Made by a program: the position numbers and the translations under genes. The notes beneath the pieces were generated by a model, which saw only the letters and a program-made list of their open reading frames with translations, had not been told where the DNA came from and did no database searches. DNA of 64,000 nucleotides from Nemertoderma westbladi (Eukaryota; Animalia; Xenacoelomorpha): the NCBI GenBank assembly GCA_032718475.1, contig JAUCBJ010001165.1:1-64000 (forward strand), read 5' to 3'. Positions 38,601 to 46,843 of this stretch are shown here, in pieces (position 1 is the stretch's first letter; each line of letters opens with the position of its first letter).

Positions 38601-40898
38601 ACTCCAGATGGAATCAAAGTCGCCTTGGTTACCTCTAAGGCATTGATTAATAACAAGTTGAAGGTTCCTCGAGCGGAGTTGAAGGCGGCTCTCTACGCTA
38701 CAGCCATCGGACGGAATGTAACGGAACAGATCGATTATACACTGGAGAAAACTGTGTATTGGACCGACGCTTTGCTCGTGTTGGAATATATAACCAATGA
38801 AGTCTGTCAGTTCAGCGTCTTTGTCACCAACCGAGTGGCCATCATCCTCAGTCGCACAACGATAGACCAATGGAGACACTGCCCTGGTACGATTAACCCA
38901 GCTGATATCGCCTCCAGAGGAGCAACTCCACAAGAACTGATAGATACTCCAGACTGGTTGGGTGGACCCGACTTCCTAAGCAAGGAAGAGGACGAATGGC
39001 CTCCTCACCTTACTACGGCGGAGATCAGACAAGCCAAGGGAGCGGAAAAGATTAAACCAAAAACCCGAGCGAGCAAATCGAAGTTATTCAAACCGCCGAT
39101 CGATCTATCTGTATTACATGCTTCTGGAAATGATGCTTCGGATCCACAATCCCTCGTCACAAACAAATCTGTTGTGGAAATTAAGGACAAAGATTGGCGA
39201 TCTGGAACACCAGACGTCTCGCAAGGAATCTCACCCCTGTTGCAGAGAGCAATACAACATTACAGTTCCTGGAATCGGCTCTGTAAGGCCGTCGCTTATT
39301 TAAAACGATTCTTTCATCATCGTTATTCTGGGACGAAGACCACTGGTGATGCTGCACCACTGACAACAGCCCAAGTCCATGTTATTAAAGATTTACCGAA
39401 ATACAAAACACCATGCCGGTTTCTAAAAGAAAAGATCAGTTATCAGGAGCATGAAGAAGCCAATAAACAAATACTGCGGCTCCTGCAATGCTACGAGGAT
39501 TCTGACAAGTACTTCCTGCTGTTAAGAAACCCGCAGATGCGCTTGAGGGATCGCTTCTCTAGCATAATGATCGATGGGTTAATACGTGTTGGAGGAAGGC
39601 TTACCAACGCGCCATTGTCCTTTGACACTAAATTCCCCATAATAGTTAGAAATCTTGAAGTACAAATCAAGATGATTGTAGACGCCCACAGTAAATTATA
39701 TCATGCTGGTAGAGAACGAGTTCTTAGCGAAATTCGAACGCGCTATTATTTCTATAAACCCCGTAGAGCTCTAAATCAAGTTCTTAGGAACTGCATACCC
39801 TGTAGGAAAGCATTCAGTAGGCCTTTAACACAGCGAGAGGCAGAATTACCTAGGGAACGAGTAAGCTTTTATGAACCACCCTTTACTAATACTGGTGTGG
39901 ATTTATTTGGCCCTATTGAAGTATATCGTGCTAGGACTATAGTCAAGAGATGGTGCGTCGTCTTCGTGTGCATGACTTGTCGAGCCATCCATCTTGATAT
40001 GGTGAACGATCTATCCACTAACAGCTTCGTCTTAAGTTTACGACGACAGATCGCTCGCTTCGGAACTAGTAATACCATGCGATCGGACAAGGGAACGAAC
40101 TTCATTGGCGCCAATAACGAAATCCAGGCTTACGTAAAGGACTGGAACCAAAGACAGGTGGACGATCAGCTAAGAATAACCGCGTCTAGCTGGACCTTCA
40201 ACGCCGCCGACGCCCCTTGGTGGGGAGGAAGTTGGGAGAGATTGATTCGGAGTGTTAAGACAGCATTTCACTTTATAGTGCCGTGCCGTGCGTATCTCAC
40301 CGACGAACTTTTGCGAACGTTAATGGAGGAAATCGCTGCCTATCTCAACGAGAGACCGCTTATGCCAGTCTCATGGAGTCCCGATTCCCTGGAAGCGCTA
40401 ACACCCGCGCACTTCCTACTTAAGAAACCTGTAGCCATGCTTCCCCAATCCGAGATTGCCGACGGAGACGAATATTGCCGCCGAACTTGGCAACTTATGC
40501 AGTTGCTATCTCGTCGTTTCGCTGATCACTTTGAAAAGCATTATCTGCCCACACTACAACTTCGAACTAAGTGGTTTGCGCAGCAAGAAAATGTCAGCGC
40601 CGGAGACATGGTGCTTATTGTGGATCCCGACCTCCCACGTAAGCGGTGGCAGACAGGACGCATCATAGAGACTCACATTTCAAGTGACGGTTTGGTACGA
40701 TCAGTAGAACTCGTAGTTATGCGGCGTAACTTCAAAAAACCGGGAATAATATTTGAGACGCAACAACTCAATCGCCCAGTTGGTCGTTTATGTTTATTAG
40801 AAAGAGACAGAGAACTCTCCGGAAACTATGGAAGGCAAGACACTCTTCCCACGACCACCTCCCTAATTCCTCAAACATCTAGGGACTCCCCGCCTTAA
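32619..40898 (+). CDS. BEL/Pao Gag-Pol polyprotein, 2759 aa, intact
   Basis: BEL-type triple knuckle (CALCDGLHRLGAC, CYNCLRPGHQRQTC, CAKCGAKHHSLLH); protease ALLDSGS; RT RVVFDGS, SDIEGMFLQV, YMDD; RNase H HVFGDAS, PRAEL, WTDA, NPADIASRG; integrase H..H/CIPC, GVDLFGP, SDKGTNF, WERLIRSVK; C-terminal DGLVRSV/RPVGRL. Confidence 0.98.
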   Translation: MSDTQQNLSDSPPDITQNLSDSPPDTTICDSDRSDKTDRTQTEPSSPPTERKVTPLVVESDPKPTHHRSIIGTRAQVKRNREEAGPSQQPPGQEPSSQQPDSSSNSDTVELNPERGVETVDPSYLDPFLTLPTAKMAAVLIAVEEHQGDWARNKKSTQESYWGYAREELMSVVESNWNNPGIGLPLDLSEATWEDIHKMGVAKDTMDPAVWKRSAAGYVQGFFSSLQRQEEQLFRQTLGPQEQEELLYQVRASTLRIRLILSAFEETSKRRQDTSLQVAVKTWFQRIEPKVKETAQWKSRLAERPTDEESTGAILSQVESEEAAEGPRKRDAIDTYLSDYQRFIGDEELRRRLAGFSPNSEGAKRVLDSIDAEMLAAHQAKFDEERRIARAQEAQVQKKRIEDRKAAAVAAAEAEAERKAAEAERKAAEAERKAAAAEAEAERKAAAAEAEAERKTAAAEAEKRASEEIAQLELETLQETQDDISKRFTEGRMQIKGRSNSKRLGYTSSEEGDTTDPEGGGNRSRLSRRKRMSPRQRLPDLPPAVRRQISSTAVGSTEPTDRTITITRLPTIVDEPEIIKPVLENTPSVRETPVLPKPTTKFPLHSTIKLTAPGGAAQVPVLETERDIQDLSPVVPMRPATTLATPASAVEWVEKGRREMSLLLGQMREQRDCSSQQIRDLEGTVYQLKGTVRDSRIELQEVQQNIALERDKLVNIQRGIPTPPVTLCQPARSEVYHARGVSPTRIYTASKVETPPVTLSQPVRSEVYHAQGVSPIRIYTASEVETPIVNPIKGDYKPVSDDIPYRPDNNPKNLYTDNSILNNTMAQESFTRQMARTEARQAVKVGEIVKFNGDEMKWLPFKEYYEDSIQNSVLSSGEKLRFLIKCLEGPPKLMALKFIGHPNGLRQVWDTLNTRYGNKDNIAKYLYAKLVAPRKFLSNEIIEFSDEIQEICRQLDWLGKSHEYQSSMVIGAIVSTLPKGGVCTRWDKKVLHMMEQQRRSPIMADLMSFLDCEVKLQLIKQSREKTSETKVSEKPVSRRRVTPVCYTDEGESQVSQEEDSGKDTDHSYYFNKNSSDVSKYQPRTNDRRDKFTKTPPQSPKRIQVRKPEERTKVHNITQGKVSNIKLNCALCDGLHRLGACAEFLKKPLADRREVVWNKRLCYNCLRPGHQRQTCYSDIRCAKCGAKHHSLLHSELDRNHPSQVSEPELHVQFSDVNDTDQGSEWEGFYTDEFSDANESCYLINTAVYRALTYEKDNDTEFPSTPLDKQPSWKVPTSNIGIREFPVVQVRVHGPNKSYIVNALLDSGSTGTFIDKELAEDIFAGQPKFRTKLNMSGIMQVWKSTLTADYYIGSLSTPQDRLGEQSIRSVKMVAIKNFATTQVEPYDWDEDENIQHLGIPRFQTDYPGVQILIGQNAHEALETLEKRPAQPQPLQPYAVRTRVGWYFTGPSRRTLEERLPQDRTLQVNDWEEESSEVDELTEGIQYSSDNDNTYQLFEEEHTIDLLTENNTWSDQQTLCQLIYPSGSMDYNDELNEEIERHNARTRDELAVRFFTQELVEPNSYDKALSIEEERAKQIQETTTRFLKDQGRYEIGLPFRKREPRFINNRPLAEKRLSQLHRRLTANASAKEMYQTQLKKFISKGYAERVPEETPITERTYYLTHHYVPKPGKPHEVRVVFDGSALYKGQSLNSELLPGPNLLQSLLGILLRLRQYSIAFASDIEGMFLQVKALDKDRDSLRFLWWPEGDLQRTPEEYWMTIQAFGIISSPSNACSVVRTTADDNRDAFSKEVIDNIKKNIYMDDNLKSLPSVEQAIEVAKGTVECLKRGGFRLTKFTSNSREFLEAIPIEDRGAKDLDLIKDDLPETKTLGLKWDTERDILFFQLKQRENPVRTKRICLSILSTYFDPLGFISPVILIARSLVQQMWLENHSWDDPLTGELLKKWMKWEDSLPAIESFIISRSYFGHVLPTYSYQLHVFGDASDTGIGIVAYLRVETPDGIKVALVTSKALINNKLKVPRAELKAALYATAIGRNVTEQIDYTLEKTVYWTDALLVLEYITNEVCQFSVFVTNRVAIILSRTTIDQWRHCPGTINPADIASRGATPQELIDTPDWLGGPDFLSKEEDEWPPHLTTAEIRQAKGAEKIKPKTRASKSKLFKPPIDLSVLHASGNDASDPQSLVTNKSVVEIKDKDWRSGTPDVSQGISPLLQRAIQHYSSWNRLCKAVAYLKRFFHHRYSGTKTTGDAAPLTTAQVHVIKDLPKYKTPCRFLKEKISYQEHEEANKQILRLLQCYEDSDKYFLLLRNPQMRLRDRFSSIMIDGLIRVGGRLTNAPLSFDTKFPIIVRNLEVQIKMIVDAHSKLYHAGRERVLSEIRTRYYFYKPRRALNQVLRNCIPCRKAFSRPLTQREAELPRERVSFYEPPFTNTGVDLFGPIEVYRARTIVKRWCVVFVCMTCRAIHLDMVNDLSTNSFVLSLRRQIARFGTSNTMRSDKGTNFIGANNEIQAYVKDWNQRQVDDQLRITASSWTFNAADAPWWGGSWERLIRSVKTAFHFIVPCRAYLTDELLRTLMEEIAAYLNERPLMPVSWSPDSLEALTPAHFLLKKPVAMLPQSEIADGDEYCRRTWQLMQLLSRRFADHFEKHYLPTLQLRTKWFAQQENVSAGDMVLIVDPDLPRKRWQTGRIIETHISSDGLVRSVELVVMRRNFKKPGIIFETQQLNRPVGRLCLLERDRELSGNYGRQDTLPTTTSLIPQTSRDSPP

Positions 40899-42531
40899 TG
40901 CGTCTGGAGTGGGCGTATGACTATAATATTTTCTCTGTTTTATTTATTTTATATAAATATTATTATTTACTTTATTATAATCGTTTTTATTTAATTTTAG
41001 TTAAGTAGAATGTTATTTTGGATTATTTGGTAGACTAGTGCAATATATTAGTGTTTATTACGTAATTACCTAATATACTTAGTGCGACGACGAGAAACAA
41101 TTATTTTTCTCTTTCCTTACTGTCCGTATTATATTATAAACGCGAGACTATAGTAAGATGATATGTCCGTACTTATTAAAGTACAATAAAGCCACTACTA
41201 TATTTCGTGTATTATTGGTAGGCAGAGTATTAGGAATGCAAAGTTCAGATCCTCGTGTCTCGGCTAAACCAAGCTCTGGGTAGACCTTGGAAACGACTTG
41301 CCTCTTCACACTGACATTGCTTCGTGCGATATTGCTCTTCTACCTATATTAAATAATACATATAGTAGCGTGATGTCCCTCTAACAGTAGCGTAAAACGC
41401 AAATAAATCTGTTAAACTTTTTGACCATCTGTAATTCTAGTCGATTAAGATATCGTGGCACCCACCGATATACTTGAAAGACAAATTCTAGAATCAGTGG
41501 TTAACGTCCCCAGACAAGTTCTGGAATAAATCCCGTGTAGTGCCCATCTTAAATATTAATTTAATATTTATTAAAATCTGGCAAATTCAGATCCTTTAAA
41601 ATTTCTAGTCAATTGAGATATCGTAGCACTTACCGGTATTCTTAAAAGACCATTTTATAGAATTAAGGATCTTATGTCCCCAGATATGTTCTGGAATCAA
41701 AATTGTGTCAATTTCACCATCAAATAATAAAATTCACGGGAATAAATCTAGAATTCATATTTTTATGAATTTAATAAATTGTCATTTTGCACAATTTCTA
41801 ATATTCCCAAAATTCCACTAATTAATAGATCACGGGAGCGGAGATTCATTCGATTGAGTGTGCTAGAGTGCGAGAATCTCCAACATATAGTCAATAGCCG
41901 ATAAAATTCATAAAGTCATGTATAAAGAGGATATTGACAAACTAAAGACTTACTATCAAACAGCATCCCAGATCTGTATGCATGAGAACTACCCTAATTC
42001 TACCGCTAGCTTTACATAATGTCACCATAGCAACACCCACGCTAGAATTAGAAACGAGTTAAAAGAACAATAGAAAACTTGTACCGTTGCCTAGCATAGT
42101 GATTATATAGCACACGGTTGGTATCCAAGGATACACAATAACAACAACGTGACATTCTGGAAGGCATTGACTAACGGACAAATGGCCTGTATGATGGTAG
42201 TTGGTAGCTGTTGTGTGGAATTTGTGCGTTTGTAGGTGAATGTTGCTGCTAAAGTGTGTTTACAGTAGCTAGTCGCAATTGTAAGATAACCCAACTCTCC
42301 CATAGCAAGAACCTCAAGTGATTACAAGCCTTTGGGACGGACAGTGGAGTGACTTGTGCCGGTTATCGTTGTCGTGCTGTTGCCACAACGTTGGCGTAAA
42401 CACCGCGACAGCGGTACATCGGCGCTGAGAATCCCACTGCCCGGGGGGCCTCGATTAGTAGGCAGCGACGCCCGCTAGCCTAAAACATATATATAAACTC
42501 GTTACAATATTGGTGGATCGCGATAGCAGAT

Positions 42532-44943
42532 ATGACGGAATTGATAGAAGATGATCTTGGTATCAGGGAGCGATATAATGTACCTTTGCAGGCGTTTGTG
42601 GATAGCTTGATAAGTGGTGAACCCGGTCACACCACTACGGAGGAAGATGGTCGTTACATCGAACCGCCAATGTCCCAAGAGCAACTCACGCGTGAATTGG
42701 ACTATAGAAAATTCACCGCTCGCTATACGCATCGTAATGGTACGTATATGGACTTTCTAACCACCGGCCATCCGATCGACCTACATGATACGGACGATGT
42801 AGACACCGAAAGAGAAATGGTTTTGTTTAAATACCACGCTCAGCGGAGTCGTAACGATAAACCAAGAATAGACCACGATAACTCTATTCGTAACCGGCTC
42901 GACCGAGAAAACGTTGAGGAACCCGATAAGCGTATCAACTTCAACGACTACCTGGAATTTTTGAGAGAAACTTATCTCAATATTGCCAGTCAACAAAACC
43001 TAGAGACTCGATATCCTCAAGGTATACATCATGATCCCATGGTAGAACTCCAACGACTCTATTTCACCATGATGTATCTCACGGCCGATCGTCCACTACC
43101 CGTGGTTCCCGATAGCTTTGCACAAATGGAGGAGTATTGCAAAACTGGAGAACGATCACCCGCATTCCCTCTACAGGACGTACGTCTATGGTATTATTGT
43201 GACGAATGCCCTAGACCCAACCAACAAACCGAAAGAAGTAAACATCCGCGGAGACGTTGCGCTAAACACAGTTTTACGCGTTGTACGTACGGGAGTTTCG
43301 AGCGAAACCTGTTCGATGTATCGCCCACGGTCGCTCGTCTCAAACAATCACTCAATAAACCCATGATCAGAGTTCCGGAATACTCGGTCAGGCCTCCTCA
43401 TTCCCCTATTAGACCTCAAACTCTTGATCCTAATAGTATCACTGATCCTCCCGAACTATATTCTCTGTTCAAAGACGTGGTGTTACCTGAGCAGTTAATA
43501 GGTGGTACTCCGGTAGTGGGTTCTTTAGACATTCGACCATCCTACCTAGCCGGATTGGGACGCGGGCATCTTATATCGCCATTTAATCCCTACAACCGCC
43601 CCGGATTAACCCCGATTCAACCTGCCACGGAAGTCGAGGAGAGCGTTATCAGAAATGCTTTAGACGCTATTCGACAGAAAATCGGGAAAGGAACACAGGA
43701 TTACCTCGAGAAACGTAAATTACAGCAACAAGTCCAAGCGGTGAAGGATTTAGCCTTACCACAGTTCGATCGAGAGATACAAAACCTCGAGAACGACATC
43801 GAGCTGGGACGCACGTACTCTCTACAGGAGTTTCTAGATGAGCGTATGCGACAACGAGCGGAGGAGAACCAACTCGAAAGGAAACATACGGAAATGGACG
43901 AGAGGGAAGAAGCCGCTTTAGCTCAACCCGAAGCCCAAATCCTTATGACGGACCTCTACTCTAAAACTATCCGTCATCCCTCGATGATTCCCAACTTCGG
44001 AGATAAACTCTTCGCGAAAGTACAACCCCAACCGGTCGATATTAGTACAGGATCGCACCAGCTTATCGCCGACGCCCCCATGTTACAGCGCCCGCCGATC
44101 GAAGCTGCTCGCGTTGACAGTATACTCGTTGAACCTCCGGACAATCGAGCGGATCTTATCCGTCGTATGGTACACGATGTCAACATACGCGCTCGTCCTT
44201 TAACGAACTCGTTTTATGGGATTAAAGATCACCCTTATTACGTTAATCTGACTCAATATTATATGATAAAACCGGAAGATCCTATGCATAGCTTGAAGTT
44301 TCTACCGTTAATAAATCCTCTGGACATTGTCGAACTCGAGCAATTACAGAAACATTTGGATCAGTTAGTAAAGGTAAACTCATTTAGAAAACCATATAAC
44401 ATTTCTAGAATTGAGAATGATACGATACCTCCTTATAACCTCGATGGCTTCATTAAAACTCGATTAGTCCATTGGAATCTCGACGTATTATTCGAGGAGG
44501 AGAGAATAAAAAGACACGGAAATATGGAGACGTGTAACACTCAATCCTTGAAGTATAGTGATCTCCCTGACGCTAACCAATGTGCTACCTTGTGGCACCC
44601 GGTAGGGATGACCCTCGAGAACGCTACAAAGGAGTGGAATGAAACTCTTAATATCATTGAGATGTATGGAGTAGTTACCTACGATAATGAAGGCAGCGTT
44701 CCAGTCGGAGAATTAGGAACTACGCGCATGATCCATATACGCGGATTAGCCGGTTCTACCCACGTGTTTACTCAAGCGTGCTCCGACGTGATTGATTATT
44801 CTTTTGAAACTCTCACCGAAACACAAAAGAATCTCCGGCATGGACAATTCGTACTCGCGCAGCGTTACGTCATTGACACCGAACGTAAACCGGATGCTAC
44901 CCCAACCCGTGCTCGAGATGTTGTTCAACGAAAAGATCCTTAA
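42532..44943 (+). CDS. Accessory ORF2, N-terminal 803 aa (Cys/His cluster, Pro-rich region, coiled coil, exonuclease motif I); frameshifted at 44893
   Basis: Long open frame homologous to copies A and C. GVVTYDNEGS has its D/E at 44683-44691. A 20-bp deletion relative to copy C shifts the frame. Confidence 0.85.
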   Translation: MTELIEDDLGIRERYNVPLQAFVDSLISGEPGHTTTEEDGRYIEPPMSQEQLTRELDYRKFTARYTHRNGTYMDFLTTGHPIDLHDTDDVDTEREMVLFKYHAQRSRNDKPRIDHDNSIRNRLDRENVEEPDKRINFNDYLEFLRETYLNIASQQNLETRYPQGIHHDPMVELQRLYFTMMYLTADRPLPVVPDSFAQMEEYCKTGERSPAFPLQDVRLWYYCDECPRPNQQTERSKHPRRRCAKHSFTRCTYGSFERNLFDVSPTVARLKQSLNKPMIRVPEYSVRPPHSPIRPQTLDPNSITDPPELYSLFKDVVLPEQLIGGTPVVGSLDIRPSYLAGLGRGHLISPFNPYNRPGLTPIQPATEVEESVIRNALDAIRQKIGKGTQDYLEKRKLQQQVQAVKDLALPQFDREIQNLENDIELGRTYSLQEFLDERMRQRAEENQLERKHTEMDEREEAALAQPEAQILMTDLYSKTIRHPSMIPNFGDKLFAKVQPQPVDISTGSHQLIADAPMLQRPPIEAARVDSILVEPPDNRADLIRRMVHDVNIRARPLTNSFYGIKDHPYYVNLTQYYMIKPEDPMHSLKFLPLINPLDIVELEQLQKHLDQLVKVNSFRKPYNISRIENDTIPPYNLDGFIKTRLVHWNLDVLFEEERIKRHGNMETCNTQSLKYSDLPDANQCATLWHPVGMTLENATKEWNETLNIIEMYGVVTYDNEGSVPVGELGTTRMIHIRGLAGSTHVFTQACSDVIDYSFETLTETQKNLRHGQFVLAQRYVIDTERKPDATPTRARDVVQRKDP

Positions 44944-44989
44944 AATCGGTTCCGCTGTTTATTGAGATCTACAAAATGACTTTCGAAAT

Positions 44990-46765
44990 ATGGAGGATAC
45001 ACCATATCCATTTGTAGATATGCAGTTAATTGCCCCTTGGGCAGAAGGCCGAGGTTTCTTCCATACCATGTACGCTAATACGTCTAACGACATTACTAAA
45101 GTTCAACGAACTTCCATCGGACATATTGCCTTTCAGGAATACGGATGGAATTTCAAGGTTGGAAATCCCCTTAATTATCAACAAGTATATGGAGACCATT
45201 ATTCCCGATTATACTTTGACGGACCGTTGACCGCACCTGGCGCCGTGTATAGCTTCATGAGTGTTCCACTCCGTCCCTCTTTAGCTATCTACACGATCTT
45301 GGAAAATACCGCACTTTCCGGTTGGCTAGCCGACGTGTGCAGTCGTACTATACGCTCCCATCCGTTAATACTTGGGACCAAACTCGCTAAGCTAGATGAA
45401 CATAATAAATTCATACGCTTTGAATGTTTCCGGCGATTTCTAACCCCGTTCCGCAACGTGGATAGCCAATTTAAAGATCGCGCGTTGACCAAACTCAGCC
45501 TAAGAAACTCAGCTGCTGAGAAGTTGGATAGTGCCGGATTTGCCCTATTTAAGGATATTTGTATCGAGAATTTACATTCTTCTGTTATACAAAGACCTCG
45601 AATCACCACAGGTTATTCTGTCGTTGAGATTCAAACAGTGGGTCCACCAGAAGAGTCAACTACGCTCACCGCATCTACGCACTGGGAAGACGAGCCTATG
45701 TGTATGGAATCTGAGGAGATTCAACCCACTACGCCCCGGAACAGCGACAACGATTACATTATCGAATGGTATCAAGGTCCACAGTGTCTCACTGCGTATG
45801 ATTATCGCCATGCCAACTATGTTGATCGTCAGCGTTGTCGGTTATGCGCATCTAGAGACCATATTACGCCTATGGATACGAATATCCCATGTTCCTATTT
45901 CCAAGAACAGCCTTCAATGGAAATTTACTGCGCTTATTGTCGACTCAATGATTCGCACATTTTTGCTGTCTGCCCCCAGTTCATGACGCAATGCCACCAT
46001 TGTCAGTTGAAAGGACACGCCAGCTTTGATTGTCCCTTTAATAAAGACTTGGAGAGTGTAGACGAAATGATTGTACTCCGTTATATTCGAGCTTGGGAAG
46101 CGAACGCTGATTTACATTGTGACTCACGTCATCGTTACTACCCTGGACGCGCTTACGAAGGAGTTTATGCGTTCCATCCGTATTTATTCGCTTCTGTCGA
46201 ACAGAAAGCGTGCATCCCGAGTTACGAGCTATTAAAGCGCGTCGGAGAATGTATTTCGACTAAGTTTGTGCGCAAATTCCTTAGAAGAGTTAACCCCAGT
46301 GATATTCATTCCTATTATTTAATCAATTTTATCCGACACGATCCGGACTATGGAGAATTATTCGTTAACTCGCATCCTGAGTTACAAGAAGTATATCGAA
46401 GGCCTTACGAATATCGAGCCCGCGAACGCGAGTTGGAGAGAACCATTAAACCAAGACAGTTTCTGACAGCCTACGGTCCACCCACGGCTTCCGTTCAGAC
46501 CACTCGCAGAGGACCTGTGAGAGCAGCCGCCCTAAAGCGAGCTCTAAAGGCCGTTAGACCCCAGTCCCCCGATGTTGATGGCAACCTACCCGGAACCTCA
46601 ACCGGCGGATACACCGACAACAACCCTGCACCCTCTGATGCAATTATATTGCACCCTTCACCCAGGAGCTATAGCCCTCCTTGTAAAGTGGCTCGCCCCA
46701 AAGAGAAAAGGACTCTGGCTAGCCTTAAAAAACTGCGTAAACGTCGTCCGCGCAAGAAAGACTAA
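44990..46765 (+). CDS. Accessory ORF2, C-terminal 591 aa (rest of DEDDy-like exonuclease, zinc knuckles, basic tail)
   Basis: PFVDMQLIA, SIGHIAFQEYG and PLRPSLAIYTILE; CRLC....H, CAYC.....H....CP and CHHCQLKGHASFDCP; ends KKLRKRRPRKKD. Continuous with the upstream part in copy C (ORF 58591-60072). Confidence 0.85.
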   Translation: MEDTPYPFVDMQLIAPWAEGRGFFHTMYANTSNDITKVQRTSIGHIAFQEYGWNFKVGNPLNYQQVYGDHYSRLYFDGPLTAPGAVYSFMSVPLRPSLAIYTILENTALSGWLADVCSRTIRSHPLILGTKLAKLDEHNKFIRFECFRRFLTPFRNVDSQFKDRALTKLSLRNSAAEKLDSAGFALFKDICIENLHSSVIQRPRITTGYSVVEIQTVGPPEESTTLTASTHWEDEPMCMESEEIQPTTPRNSDNDYIIEWYQGPQCLTAYDYRHANYVDRQRCRLCASRDHITPMDTNIPCSYFQEQPSMEIYCAYCRLNDSHIFAVCPQFMTQCHHCQLKGHASFDCPFNKDLESVDEMIVLRYIRAWEANADLHCDSRHRYYPGRAYEGVYAFHPYLFASVEQKACIPSYELLKRVGECISTKFVRKFLRRVNPSDIHSYYLINFIRHDPDYGELFVNSHPELQEVYRRPYEYRARERELERTIKPRQFLTAYGPPTASVQTTRRGPVRAAALKRALKAVRPQSPDVDGNLPGTSTGGYTDNNPAPSDAIILHPSPRSYSPPCKVARPKEKRTLASLKKLRKRRPRKKD

Positions 46766-46834
46766 CGGTTTAGAGTATTTATGTATATTAGAAACTGCGA
46801 TTTTGTATATTTTATAGACTTCAATCTCATTTTC

Positions 46835-46843
46835 TGGGAGCGG
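46835..46843 (+). promoter_or_regulatory. Polypurine tract TGGGAGCGG
   Basis: Abuts the 3' LTR; identical in copies A (17427-17435) and C (57733-57741). Confidence 0.8.

Noticed and set aside
41250-41315. Hammerhead ribozyme on the antisense strand (GTGAAGAG...CGAGAC)
   Set aside because: Both core boxes deviate from CUGANGA and GAAA, and I could not build the three stems. An Infernal search would settle it.
44881-44990. Programmed frameshift or readthrough joining the two ORF2 halves
   Set aside because: Copy C is continuous here and has 20 extra bases, so the break in B is a deletion plus a nonsense change; there is no slippery heptamer.
42532-46765. ORF2 as an env gene
   Set aside because: No signal peptide or transmembrane anchor is visible; it has nuclease-like motifs, knuckles and a basic tail instead.
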